A stretch of 17,900 bases of DNA. Origin: an uncultured Myxococcales bacterium (GTDB lineage: Bacteria > Myxococcota > UBA4151). Under the pieces are notes generated by a model. It saw only the letters and a list, made by a program, of their open reading frames with translations. It was not told where the DNA came from and ran no database searches. The stretch spans positions 1-17,900 of the forward strand of contig CAXGWI010000067.1 of assembly GCA_964013405.1 (NCBI GenBank), read 5' to 3'. A program made the position numbers and the translations under genes. Below are positions 1-7,904 of the stretch, one piece after another. Every line of letters begins with the position of its first letter. The first letter of the stretch is position 1.

Positions 1-893
1 GTCTCCGAGAATTCCACATTGATGCTGCCCTCCGCGACCACGTGACAGCGCTCATCGCTGCCTTCGGCGCAGGCCTTTTTGGTGAGCGGGAGCATGAGGC
101 TGGCGCCCACTTCGATACCGAAGGGCAGTTCCCCCCAGAGCCCGAGCGTTGCGGCGGGGATGAAGTTGTCTTCCACTTTGACCATGGCCCAGGCATCGAA
201 ACCAGGATCTTCTGTGCCGCTTGGGTCGGCGCTCACCGTAAAGGTTTGATCCACCAGCAGGCGAATGTTCTGGAGGCCTAAACCGAGAGCCCACTTCTCT
301 TGACGGTAGGCCGCGCCCAGTTGGAAGAACTGCATCTGAACGTCGGCATAGACCACTGTGTAGCGTTGTGGGCCAAACTTGTCCCAGTCCCGAGACATAC
401 CGTGGGGCCCGAAGGCGCTAAAAGCGAGGCTCCAGCCATCCCCAGAGCCATAACCCATGGAGATATAGGGGATTGGACGGGTGCCAGGCACACAGAAAGC
501 CCAATCTTCCTCCGGCGTATTTGCCGCACGGGGCTGACCGAAGCAGTTCTTGGCTTGCAGAAACTGATCACTGAAGTTGGTATTTTGAAGAATCTTGCTC
601 TCGAAGTAGTCGGGATTGTTCTGATCCCGCGGTGGTTGGAGCAGGCCGACCGAGGAACGGCGAAACTGTGTGCTTTCCTGCAGGGCTGTGCCGTCGATCG
701 AAAGAAAGAAGCCCTTCTGTGCGAAGGCAAACCGTGCGGGATTGTACCAGGCGGCCCAGGTCGCGTCGGTGGAAGCAACGCCCGTTCCGCCCATAGAGAG
801 CGGTCCCGTGCCAACACCCGGGCGAAAGAAGCCCGCGGCATGAACAGTGCTGGGTAAGAGGCTAAGCAGCAAAAGAAGACGGAATATCGTCAT
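1..893 (-). CDS. FadL/OmpP1/TodX-family outer-membrane transporter for long-chain fatty acids or other hydrophobic compounds (3' end beyond window)
   Basis: Not in the ORF track because it has no stop in the window. Manual translation from ATG at 893 (RBS GAGGAG upstream) gives MTIFRLLLLLSLLPSTVHA|AGFFRPGVGTGPLSMGGTGVASTDATWAAWYNPARF..., i.e. a signal peptide plus the FadL-type hatch pattern (AGF...MGG...A...YNPA). Amphipathic beta-strand-like segments follow (PIPYISMGY, GPQRY, FFQLGAAY, WALGLGLQ). The frame is open to position 1. Confidence 0.8.
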   Translation of the reverse strand, partial: MTIFRLLLLLSLLPSTVHAAGFFRPGVGTGPLSMGGTGVASTDATWAAWYNPARFAFAQKGFFLSIDGTALQESTQFRRSSVGLLQPPRDQNNPDYFESKILQNTNFSDQFLQAKNCFGQPRAANTPEEDWAFCVPGTRPIPYISMGYGSGDGWSLAFSAFGPHGMSRDWDKFGPQRYTVVYADVQMQFFQLGAAYRQEKWALGLGLQNIRLLVDQTFTVSADPSGTEDPGFDAWAMVKVEDNFIPAATLGLWGELPFGIEVGASLMLPLTKKACAEGSDERCHVVAEGSINVEFSE

Positions 894-907
894 CGCAACT
901 CCTCGAT

Positions 908-1534
908 TTAGGCAGCCTGGGCCTGGGGATTGAGTTGACTGAAGAAGGCCGCAAACAGCTCCGTCTCAAGAGCCTGGAATTCGGCTCGACGCGATGTCGC
1001 CTCCGGGTCCAATGCTTCGATCCCTTCAATCATCTCTTCGAGGTGTTGATCCTCTTCTTCGATGATGCCCCTCAAGGTGACTGGGATTCGGTGGCGGCGG
1101 AGCACCGTGTCATAAATGGGATAAAGGCACTGAGCCCGCTCTTCGATGGCCAGTGTGACATAGAGATAGGCGAGGGCCCGTGCTTTGGCTTCGGGAACGG
1201 CCTCGAGGAGTCGCTCAAAGATGCCGTGGTCCAGGCTCTGGAAGTAATGGCGAGCTGCAAGGCCTTCGAGCAGTTCATGGTCTTCATAGCCGTCGCAGGT
1301 CCCGGGGTGAACTCGCTGCGCAGCCCGCTTGAAGAAGAGGGCATGGCGACTCTCTTCCGAGGCATGTCGCAGGATTTGCTCGGTGAGCCCATCCTTGCCC
1401 TGGCTTTTCCAGATTTTCCGAGCACCGGTCGCCTCCAGCATAGAGACCGTGTTCAGCCAGCGTGCGTGGCGCTCTGGTGAAGGCACGAGGCTTTCGAAGA
1501 ATGCTTCAAGTTCTTGGGGCTTGGGTTTCATCAT
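908..1534 (-). CDS. bioE: Ferritin-like di-iron protein; likely BioE-type pimeloyl-generating oxygenase
   Basis: Di-iron four-helix-bundle ligand set E34...E61xxH64...E131...E161xxH164. The N-terminal HARWLNTVSMLEATGARKI resembles, from recall, the ferritin-like proteins in Chlamydia and Elizabethkingia bio clusters. Starts 3 nt after the bioA stop in an operon lacking bioC/bioH. Confidence 0.72.
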   Translation of the reverse strand: MMKPKPQELEAFFESLVPSPERHARWLNTVSMLEATGARKIWKSQGKDGLTEQILRHASEESRHALFFKRAAQRVHPGTCDGYEDHELLEGLAARHYFQSLDHGIFERLLEAVPEAKARALAYLYVTLAIEERAQCLYPIYDTVLRRHRIPVTLRGIIEEEDQHLEEMIEGIEALDPEATSRRAEFQALETELFAAFFSQLNPQAQAA

Positions 1535-1537
1535 GGT

Positions 1538-2776
1538 CTATCCGTCCTGCACCACCTGGGCAGTCGCATCAAGGAGGATCCCCAAGGCATGGTTCAGGTC
1601 CTCGGTACCGACGCAGAAAGGCGGCATGAGGTACAAGACGTTACCTAGGGGACGAATATAGAGCCCTTTTTGAAGGGCCTTTTGGGTGACTCGCTTGCCA
1701 ACGGGGTCGAGGTAGCCACCTTCACCCCCGGCGATGTTAAATGCGAAGATCCCGCCACGGCAGCGCAACTGAGTGACCCGAGGTAACTCACTGAACGAGG
1801 GCATCGCTGCCCGGTAACAAGCCTCCATGCCCGCAACCCGGGTGAGGGTTTGTTCCTCTTCGAAGAGGCTCAGTCCAGCCAGGGCGGCGGCGCAGGCCAG
1901 CGGGTTGCCCGTGTAGCTGTGCCCATGGAGAAAGGCTTCCGATTTACTGGGGCCTAAGAATCGCTGGTAGACGCTTTCTCGAGCCACGGTGACCGAAAGG
2001 GGGAGTGTGCCGCCGGTGATCCCCTTCGATAAGCAGATGATGTCGGGAACGACCCCGGCTTGTTCGACAGCAAAGACACTGCCCGTGCGACCCCAGCCGG
2101 TCATCACTTCGTCCGCAATGAGCCAGGACCCGGCTCCGCGACAGGCGGCGGCCAGGCCCGCGAGATAGTCGGGCGAAGAGAAGACCATCCCGGCGGCCCC
2201 TTGGACCAGCGGTTCGATGATCGCTGCGGCGCATCGCTGTCCTTCCTTGGCGAAATAGGCTTCCGCCGCTTCAAGATCACCATAGGGAAGAATGTCGACA
2301 TCGAAGAGCAGGGGCCACCAAGGGCGATTAAAGACGCCCCGCTCCCCGACGCTCATGGCCCCAATCGTGTCGCCATGATAGGCGCCGGTGAAGGCAACGA
2401 TCCGGGTGCGTTGCCCATCGTCTCCGTTGCCTTGCATGGCCATCTTCAAGGCGACCTCAACGCTTGTTGAGCCGTTGTCGGAGTAGAAGACACGATTGAG
2501 GTCGCCGGGCAGCATGTCTGCGACCTGGTCTGCCAACTGCTTCGCGGGGCTGTGGGCGAAGTCGGCGAGAATGACCTGATCAAAACGCTTGGCTTGCGCC
2601 GCGATCGCAGCGGCGATTTTCGGGTGGGCATGACCGTGGTTGTTGACCCACCACGACGAGACGCCATCGAGGAGCTTACGCCCATCTGCCAGGTGATAGA
2701 AGGCGCCTTTCGCCTCTCGGACTTCTCCGAGGGGCTCGAAGCCTTCCATTTGTGTAAAGGGATGCCAAAGGCTCAT
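1538..2776 (-). CDS. bioA: Adenosylmethionine-8-amino-7-oxononanoate aminotransferase
   Basis: LWHPFTQM, DGVSSWW, SDNGSTSVEVALKMA, YHGDT, IADEVMTGWGRTG, CLSKGITGG (PLP Lys), HGHSYTGNP, IRPLGN; ATGA overlap with bioD. Confidence 0.97.
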   Translation of the reverse strand: MSLWHPFTQMEGFEPLGEVREAKGAFYHLADGRKLLDGVSSWWVNNHGHAHPKIAAAIAAQAKRFDQVILADFAHSPAKQLADQVADMLPGDLNRVFYSDNGSTSVEVALKMAMQGNGDDGQRTRIVAFTGAYHGDTIGAMSVGERGVFNRPWWPLLFDVDILPYGDLEAAEAYFAKEGQRCAAAIIEPLVQGAAGMVFSSPDYLAGLAAACRGAGSWLIADEVMTGWGRTGSVFAVEQAGVVPDIICLSKGITGGTLPLSVTVARESVYQRFLGPSKSEAFLHGHSYTGNPLACAAALAGLSLFEEEQTLTRVAGMEACYRAAMPSFSELPRVTQLRCRGGIFAFNIAGGEGGYLDPVGKRVTQKALQKGLYIRPLGNVLYLMPPFCVGTEDLNHALGILLDATAQVVQDG

Positions 2777-3402
2777 GGCTGGTTCTCCAGATCCCTCGCA
2801 AGTTGCATGGCAAGGGAATCAAAATCGGCTTCCACATCATCCCGCCAGTCGATGCGTGCTCGCACCGGAGTCCCGGTGTAGCGGGCGATATCTCGCTCAT
2901 TCTCGGCATGGGGAGGGCCCACCAAGATGTAGCCGAGGCAGGATAGACCATGGCTCTGCAATGCCTGGTGGGTGAGAAAGCTGTGGTTCAGGGTGCCTAG
3001 ACCCGTGCGCGCGACGACGAGCACGGGCAAGTCGAGGGCTTGCATAAGTTCATGCTGCCAACGGACCGGCGCCGCAGCGAAGGGGACCATGAGTCCACCG
3101 GCTCCCTCCACGACGAGCGGTTCGTCTGTGGGCAGTTTGAGTTGATCGATATCGACCCGTAGGTTTTCATCCTGGGCTGCAGCGTGGGGCGACGCTGGGC
3201 GGATGAGCCGATAGCCTTCCGGATACACGGTGCAGCCGGCCAGCCGACCGACCCGCTGGCTGTCTGTTTCTGTATCGAGGCCTGCTTGGACCGGCTTCCA
3301 ATAGGCAGCGCCTAGGGCTTTGCACAGAAGGGCAGAGATGACGGTCTTGCCCACATCCGTATCCGTACCCGTGACATAGAACTGAGCAGGGAGAGTCATC
3401 AC
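2773..3402 (-). CDS. bioD: Dethiobiotin synthetase
   Basis: VTGTDTDVGKT P-loop, YWKPVQAG, PASPH, VVEGAGG, LGTLNH. The start is GTG 3402 or ATG 3399, overlapping the bioF stop. Confidence 0.96.
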   Translation of the reverse strand: MMTLPAQFYVTGTDTDVGKTVISALLCKALGAAYWKPVQAGLDTETDSQRVGRLAGCTVYPEGYRLIRPASPHAAAQDENLRVDIDQLKLPTDEPLVVEGAGGLMVPFAAAPVRWQHELMQALDLPVLVVARTGLGTLNHSFLTHQALQSHGLSCLGYILVGPPHAENERDIARYTGTPVRARIDWRDDVEADFDSLAMQLARDLENQP

Positions 3403-4532
3403 AGTTGCTCCAAAGTATGAAGGAGGTCCGTCGCTAGGCGGTCGATTTGGATCTCGGTGAGGTGAGCGCCGGCGACCAGGCGTAGCCGCGCCGTGCCTTC
3501 TGGAACGGTTGGTGGGCGAATGGCGCGGACGTCGTAGCCTCGGGCCTGGAGGCCGTCTGCAACGGCCAGAGCCCGGGCGCTGCTGCCTAGGACGACGGGC
3601 ACGATGGCGCTGTCTCCCCTGACCGTCAGTCCTCCTTGCTGCAGTTGATCACGAAGCCGCTGGGCCAGGGCCAGGGGGCGAGCGCGTCGAGGGGCATCTG
3701 CCCGGATCGCAGCCATGGAGGCCTCCAGAGCCGGTGCGACCACCGGTAGTGGGCCCGTGGAGTAAATGAAGGGCCGAGCCCGGTTTACCAGGAGACGTCG
3801 TAGACTTTCGCTGCTGGCCACGAAGGCACCGGCTAGGCCCATCGCCTTGCCACAGGTGTGTAGCGTCGCTGTCACCTTGGACTGCAGGCCCAGTTCGGCC
3901 ACCCGCCCTTGACCCTCCGGGCCATAGAGGCCGGTGGCGTGGGCCTCGTCGACGATCAAGCCGGCCCCGTAGCGGGAAGCGATCTCAGCGAGGGCCTCAA
4001 GTGGGGCCAGGTCTCCGTCCATACTGTAGAGGGACTCAACCACGATCCAGTGGGGGCCTTTTTGCGCCCTGAGGGCTGCTTCCACTTGCTCGCAGTCTAG
4101 ATGGTCAACGATGCTGACTCGGGCTTTGCTGAGACGAATTCCATCGATCAGGCTGGCATGGTTGAGGGCGTCGGACACCACATGATCCCCAGCCTCGATG
4201 ACCGTGGCGAGAAGACCGAGATTGGCCTGATAGCCGGAGGTGAAATAAAGGCCGGCTTCTTGGCCCTGCCACTGGGCGAAGCGACACTCGACCGTCTCGA
4301 GTTCCCAACGCTCTCCGGTCAACAGGCGAGAGCCCGTCGCCCCCGTGTCCAGGCCCGCCTGGAGGCTCCGGATCATGGCCGAACGCAAGCGCTCATCTCG
4401 GGCGAGCCCGAGATAGTCGTTGCTCGAAACGTCAAGGCCTTCAGGGGCCTTCAAACGCCGGTACAGTTGCTTCTGTTGGAGCGTTTCGAGTCGAGCAGCG
4501 AAGCGAACTTCAGGCGGTGGCCAGCTGTGCAT
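3399..4532 (-). CDS. bioF: 8-amino-7-oxononanoate synthase
   Basis: SSNDYLGL, GSRLLTG, SGYQAN, DALNHASLIDG, ESLYSMDGD, VDEAH, TCGKAMG (PLP Lys), IRPPTVPEG. Confidence 0.96.
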   Translation of the reverse strand: MHSWPPPEVRFAARLETLQQKQLYRRLKAPEGLDVSSNDYLGLARDERLRSAMIRSLQAGLDTGATGSRLLTGERWELETVECRFAQWQGQEAGLYFTSGYQANLGLLATVIEAGDHVVSDALNHASLIDGIRLSKARVSIVDHLDCEQVEAALRAQKGPHWIVVESLYSMDGDLAPLEALAEIASRYGAGLIVDEAHATGLYGPEGQGRVAELGLQSKVTATLHTCGKAMGLAGAFVASSESLRRLLVNRARPFIYSTGPLPVVAPALEASMAAIRADAPRRARPLALAQRLRDQLQQGGLTVRGDSAIVPVVLGSSARALAVADGLQARGYDVRAIRPPTVPEGTARLRLVAGAHLTEIQIDRLATDLLHTLEQL

Positions 4533-5505
4533 CGTGCCGATGGGTCGGGCGAGCTTCGAGGGGCTCGAGCCCGAGCTTCTCCAACAGGGCCCGGTCCTTT
4601 TCCATTTCCGGATTGCCCGTGGTCAGCAATTTCTCGCCGTAGAAGATACTATTGGCTCCTAGTTGGAAGGCCATGGCTTGAGCCTCATCGCTCAGCCGGG
4701 TGCGGCCCGCAGCCAAGCGGATCATGCTGTCCGGCATTAAAACCCGGGCGACGGCCAGGGTGCGAAGGAAATCCCAGACACTCACGGTTTCTTCATCTTG
4801 AAGGGGCGTCCCTTCCACTTGGACCAAGCTGTTGATGGGGACGCTCTCGGGGTGAGGCTCCATGTTTGCGAGCACCTGAAGCATGCGGGCCCGGTCCCAG
4901 CTTTTCTCGCCCATGCCGATAATGCCGCCGGAACAGACTTGGATCCCAGCATTTCGGACATTCTCTAGCGTTTGGAGTCGGTCGGCAAAGCCGCGGGTTG
5001 AGATGATCTCCGCATAGTGTTCCGGCGAGGTGTCGATATTGTGATTGTAAGCGGTGAGGCCTGCCTCGGCCAAACGCTGCGCCTGTTTAGCATTGAGCAT
5101 GCCAAGGGTGCAGCAGACCTCAAGTCCCATTCCGCCCACATCCCTCACCATTTCCACCACCTCGTCGAAGTCCTTGTTGTCTCGAACTTCTCGCCAGGCG
5201 GCGCCCATGCAAAACCGAGTACTTCCTTGATCTTTCGCAAGCGTCGCTTGCTCCAGGACCACTTCTCGATCGATCAACCGTTCTGCGGCCAAGCCGGTAT
5301 TGTAACGAGCAGACTGGGGGCAGTAAGCGCAATCTTCCGGGCAGCCACCACTCTTAATATTGGACAAGGTGCACAGTTGGATTTTGCCAACGGGCTGGAA
5401 AGCCCGATGCGCTTCTTGGGCTCGAAAGCTTAGTTCGTGAAAAGGGAGGGCAAAGAGCGCCTCCACCTCTTCCACTCGCCAATCGTAACGAATCGTGGGT
5501 TCCAT
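4510..5505 (-). CDS. bioB: Biotin synthase (radical SAM)
   Basis: CPEDCAYCPQ radical-SAM motif, RFCMGAAWR, YNHNIDT, CSGGIIGMGE, ESVPIN, GANSIFYG. ATG at 5505 is preferred because GGAGG lies just upstream; the track start is 5517. Confidence 0.98.
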   Translation of the reverse strand: MEPTIRYDWRVEEVEALFALPFHELSFRAQEAHRAFQPVGKIQLCTLSNIKSGGCPEDCAYCPQSARYNTGLAAERLIDREVVLEQATLAKDQGSTRFCMGAAWREVRDNKDFDEVVEMVRDVGGMGLEVCCTLGMLNAKQAQRLAEAGLTAYNHNIDTSPEHYAEIISTRGFADRLQTLENVRNAGIQVCSGGIIGMGEKSWDRARMLQVLANMEPHPESVPINSLVQVEGTPLQDEETVSVWDFLRTLAVARVLMPDSMIRLAAGRTRLSDEAQAMAFQLGANSIFYGEKLLTTGNPEMEKDRALLEKLGLEPLEARPTHRHDAQLATA

Positions 5506-5557
5506 CGGTCCTCCCATGGCGTCGCCGCCGCCTACCGCATATTGCCTGCCAACACGC

Positions 5558-5586
5558 TTGACCAGGCCTTAGACAGCCCCTATCAG
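5558..5586 (+). promoter_or_regulatory. Putative sigma70 promoter of tRNA-Cys
   Basis: TTGACC (5558-5563), 17-nt spacer, TATCAG (5581-5586), then a GC-rich discriminator-like CAGGGCGC directly before the tRNA. Confidence 0.55.
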
Positions 5587-5597
5587 CAGGGCGCTTC

Positions 5598-5674
5598 GGC
5601 GTTGTACCCAAGCGGTCTAAGGGAACGGTCTGCAAAACCGTGATTCACCGGTTCGAATCCGGTCAACGCCTCCA
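5598..5674 (+). tRNA. tRNA-Cys (anticodon GCA)
   Basis: Acceptor stem GGCGTTG/CAACGCC, U73 discriminator and encoded CCA; anticodon arm ACGGT-CTGCAAA-ACCGT (GCA at 5632-5634); T-arm ACCGG-TTCGAAT-CCGGT; GG in the D-loop. Confidence 0.97.
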
Positions 5675-5683
5675 AAGGGATTT

Positions 5684-5714
5684 TGCGGTGCATGCACCGC
5701 ATTTTCTTTTTTTT
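5684..5714 (+). terminator. Rho-independent terminator downstream of tRNA-Cys
   Basis: Perfect inverted repeat TGCGGTG-CATG-CACCGCA followed by TTTTCTTTTTTTT. Confidence 0.85.
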
Positions 5715-5718
5715 ATGG

Positions 5719-6378
5719 TCATTCACCGGCGGTCAACGGTTCGGCGACGTGATCAAAAAGATAGCGCCAGATACGCCAGTTGCGCTTGAGATAAAAACGC
5801 TCCCGCTCCGTCCGGGCCTCGGTGATGGGGCCAGGGGTTTCCACGCCAGGGCCGAGTCGGTTGCGAAACAAACCGGAGGCTTCCAGCCGGGCCGGAATCT
5901 CCTTGGCCAGATGTTCTTGGTCGGTCTGAACAAAGAGTTCGCTACCGGGGGCCATGACTTGGTGGAGTTGTTCAACGAAGCTGTGGTTGACCAGCCGTCT
6001 TTTGGCATGTCGTTTTTTGAACCACGGATCTGGAAAGCTGATGAACACCCGTCGCAGGCAGGCTGGGGGAAGCACTTGGTTGAGGTAACGGGTGGCATCC
6101 ACGTGGACTACCAAGGCGTGATGCAGCCCTTGCTGATGGAGTCGTAGCCGAGCCTCGGCACAGAAGGCGGAGCGAACCTCCATGCCAACGAGCCGAGTGG
6201 TTGGGTTGAGCGTCGCGTACTCAGCAAGGAAGTCGCCGAGTCCGATGCCGATATCAGCCTCCTCTGGGGGGCCACCGAGGTGTTCCTCCCAATCGGGGAT
6301 GACAAGGTCCGTCTCACGAAACGTGAGCGGGTTGGTATGGTGCCGAAGTCGGCGAGCGGTTTTCGATTTTAGTTTCAT
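5719..6378 (-). CDS. trmB: tRNA (guanine-N7)-methyltransferase
   Basis: LRHHTNP, DIGIGLGDFL SAM motif, GMEVR, FPDPWFKKRHAKRRLV, QTD, TERER; ATGA overlap with epmA. Confidence 0.93.
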   Translation of the reverse strand: MKLKSKTARRLRHHTNPLTFRETDLVIPDWEEHLGGPPEEADIGIGLGDFLAEYATLNPTTRLVGMEVRSAFCAEARLRLHQQGLHHALVVHVDATRYLNQVLPPACLRRVFISFPDPWFKKRHAKRRLVNHSFVEQLHQVMAPGSELFVQTDQEHLAKEIPARLEASGLFRNRLGPGVETPGPITEARTERERFYLKRNWRIWRYLFDHVAEPLTAGE

Positions 6379-7343
6379 GAAGGGGCACCCAAGAGTCGGC
6401 CAAGGTGGATCGCTTTCACCGCAGCCAGATCGTTCTCTCCCATGGCTAAGGCCGTGAGCCGGTCGAGACCGAGCGCGATGCCAACGGTTGGGGGCATCAG
6501 GTCGACGGCTGCGAAGAAATCCGGATCCTCTGGGTAGGCCGGCCGACCTCGGCTTACCCGTTCAGCTTGCCAATGCCGATAGCGTTTGGCCAGGATTTCA
6601 CCATCTGTTAGTTCGGTGAAGGCATTCGCCAGTTCGATGCCGTCGAGATATAATTCAAACCGATCGGCGAAACGAGGATCGTCATCCTCCAACTTCGCCA
6701 TGGCTGCTTGGCTGGCTGGAAAGCCAGAGATGAAGAGAAAGCCCATGTCTTTGAGCCGAGGCTCGATGACTTCAACCCATGCAAAATAGAAGAGTTCGTC
6801 CCAGGACTCGTCGGGTCGTACGGCAACCCCGCGAGTTTGAAGGCGCTGGGCAAAGCTTGCAGCGGGTTCTTCAGGGTCGAGCTCGAGTTGCAGGAAACTG
6901 GCGAAGAGTTCGCTCACCCGCTGATGGCGAACGGGGAACTGACGCGGGTGGCCAGCGGCCTCAAAAGCGGCTTCGACGAGGGCGATGCAGTCGGCCTGGA
7001 GTGCTTCAGGCTCGGCGCCCGGTCGATACCACTCGACCATTTCAAACTCGAGATCGTGCCAAGGCCCCCCTTCTTCGTCTCGGATGCAGGGAGCGATCTC
7101 GAACAGAGGGCCTGCACCTTGGGCGAGGAGACGTTTATGCCAGACCTCAGGGCTGGTTCGGAGAAAGACTCGACGGGTCTTCGCACCGAGGGCTGTCAGG
7201 TCCACGGCCGGGGCCTCGAGGTGGGCCTCGCCCCCGGGGGCGAGGGTGGTCACTGGGGTGACGACCTCCACGAGACCTCTCGACGAGAGGGTCTTTCGGA
7301 CGGCAGTGCGAACCGCACTGTTGAGGAGAAGCCGACGACGCAT
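6375..7343 (-). CDS. epmA: EF-P lysine aminoacylase (GenX/PoxA)
   Basis: LysRS catalytic core without the anticodon-binding domain: EVVTP, LRTSPE, H-x-x-EFEMVEWYR, FPASQAAMA, ADRFELYLDGIELANAFTEL, GIALGLDRL. ATG at 7343 follows GAGGGGGG; the track start is GTG 7358. Confidence 0.9.
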   Translation of the reverse strand: MRRRLLLNSAVRTAVRKTLSSRGLVEVVTPVTTLAPGGEAHLEAPAVDLTALGAKTRRVFLRTSPEVWHKRLLAQGAGPLFEIAPCIRDEEGGPWHDLEFEMVEWYRPGAEPEALQADCIALVEAAFEAAGHPRQFPVRHQRVSELFASFLQLELDPEEPAASFAQRLQTRGVAVRPDESWDELFYFAWVEVIEPRLKDMGFLFISGFPASQAAMAKLEDDDPRFADRFELYLDGIELANAFTELTDGEILAKRYRHWQAERVSRGRPAYPEDPDFFAAVDLMPPTVGIALGLDRLTALAMGENDLAAVKAIHLGRLLGAPS

Positions 7344-7451
7344 GCCCCCCTCTGCCACCGCACCCCCCCGAGGAAAAGCTTCCGTTCAACAAGGAGAGAT
7401 AGCCCCTTTTTGCGGGACGGGTTACACCCACTGGGTGCTGGGAGCGTGCCA

Positions 7452-7904
7452 ATGAACCGAAGGGATCGAACAGCGGTCGTTTTCATGCGGTGGTGTCTTG
7501 CCTACCTTCTCCTGGAATCGGTCTGGATCAAGGTGTCTTTGGGCAGGCCTGCTGAGCACATGGCAGCCCTTTTGGAGCATTGGCTTCGATTGGGTGTCTC
7601 CCAAGACTGGATCGGCCAAATTCTGACGGCCGGACACGCACACCCGGATCTGGCCATGGCCCTTGTCCTCGGGATCGAAGGACTTGCCGGGGTGATGTTG
7701 GCCCTCGGCGTTGGTAGTCGCATTGCGAGCCTCGCCTGCGGTCTACTCTACGGCCTGCGCTACCTCATCGCACCCCACGGCTTAGCCCTCGTCGTCGCCA
7801 TGGTCGCAGGCGCAGTCTTCGTGAGCGACTCAGGAAAGAGCCTCAGGCTTTTGGGGCGGCGCCGGCTCGTCGACGAAAGCTCACCACAAACCAATCCACT
7901 GTAA
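7452..7904 (+). CDS. DoxX-like small multi-pass membrane protein
   Basis: Real part of the 6708..7904 ORF, starting at ATG 7452 after GGGAG. Shows the DoxX-like pattern (MRWCLAYLLL...K; P...ALVLGIEGLAGVMLALGVGSRIAS) and 3-4 hydrophobic segments. Overlaps the 3' end of the convergent methyltransferase. Confidence 0.65.
   Translation: MNRRDRTAVVFMRWCLAYLLLESVWIKVSLGRPAEHMAALLEHWLRLGVSQDWIGQILTAGHAHPDLAMALVLGIEGLAGVMLALGVGSRIASLACGLLYGLRYLIAPHGLALVVAMVAGAVFVSDSGKSLRLLGRRRLVDESSPQTNPL

Noticed and set aside
140..165. Possible frameshift in the FadL-like gene around the C/G runs
   Set aside because: Careful re-reading gives a continuous frame (EDNFIPAATLGLWGELPFGIEVG) with no disruption.
42..857. 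Plus-strand ORFs 42..281 and 300..857, and minus-strand ORF 278..841
   Set aside because: These are antisense or off-frame shadows of the FadL-like gene, which has an RBS, a signal peptide and family motifs.
5598..6378. tRNA-Cys as the dedicated substrate of the neighbouring TrmB
   Set aside because: The variable loop is GATTC, placing U rather than G at position 46, so it is not an m7G46 target.
6708..7451. Long N-terminal extension of the 398-aa plus-strand ORF
   Set aside because: It lies antisense to epmA; only the part from ATG 7452 looks like a real membrane protein.
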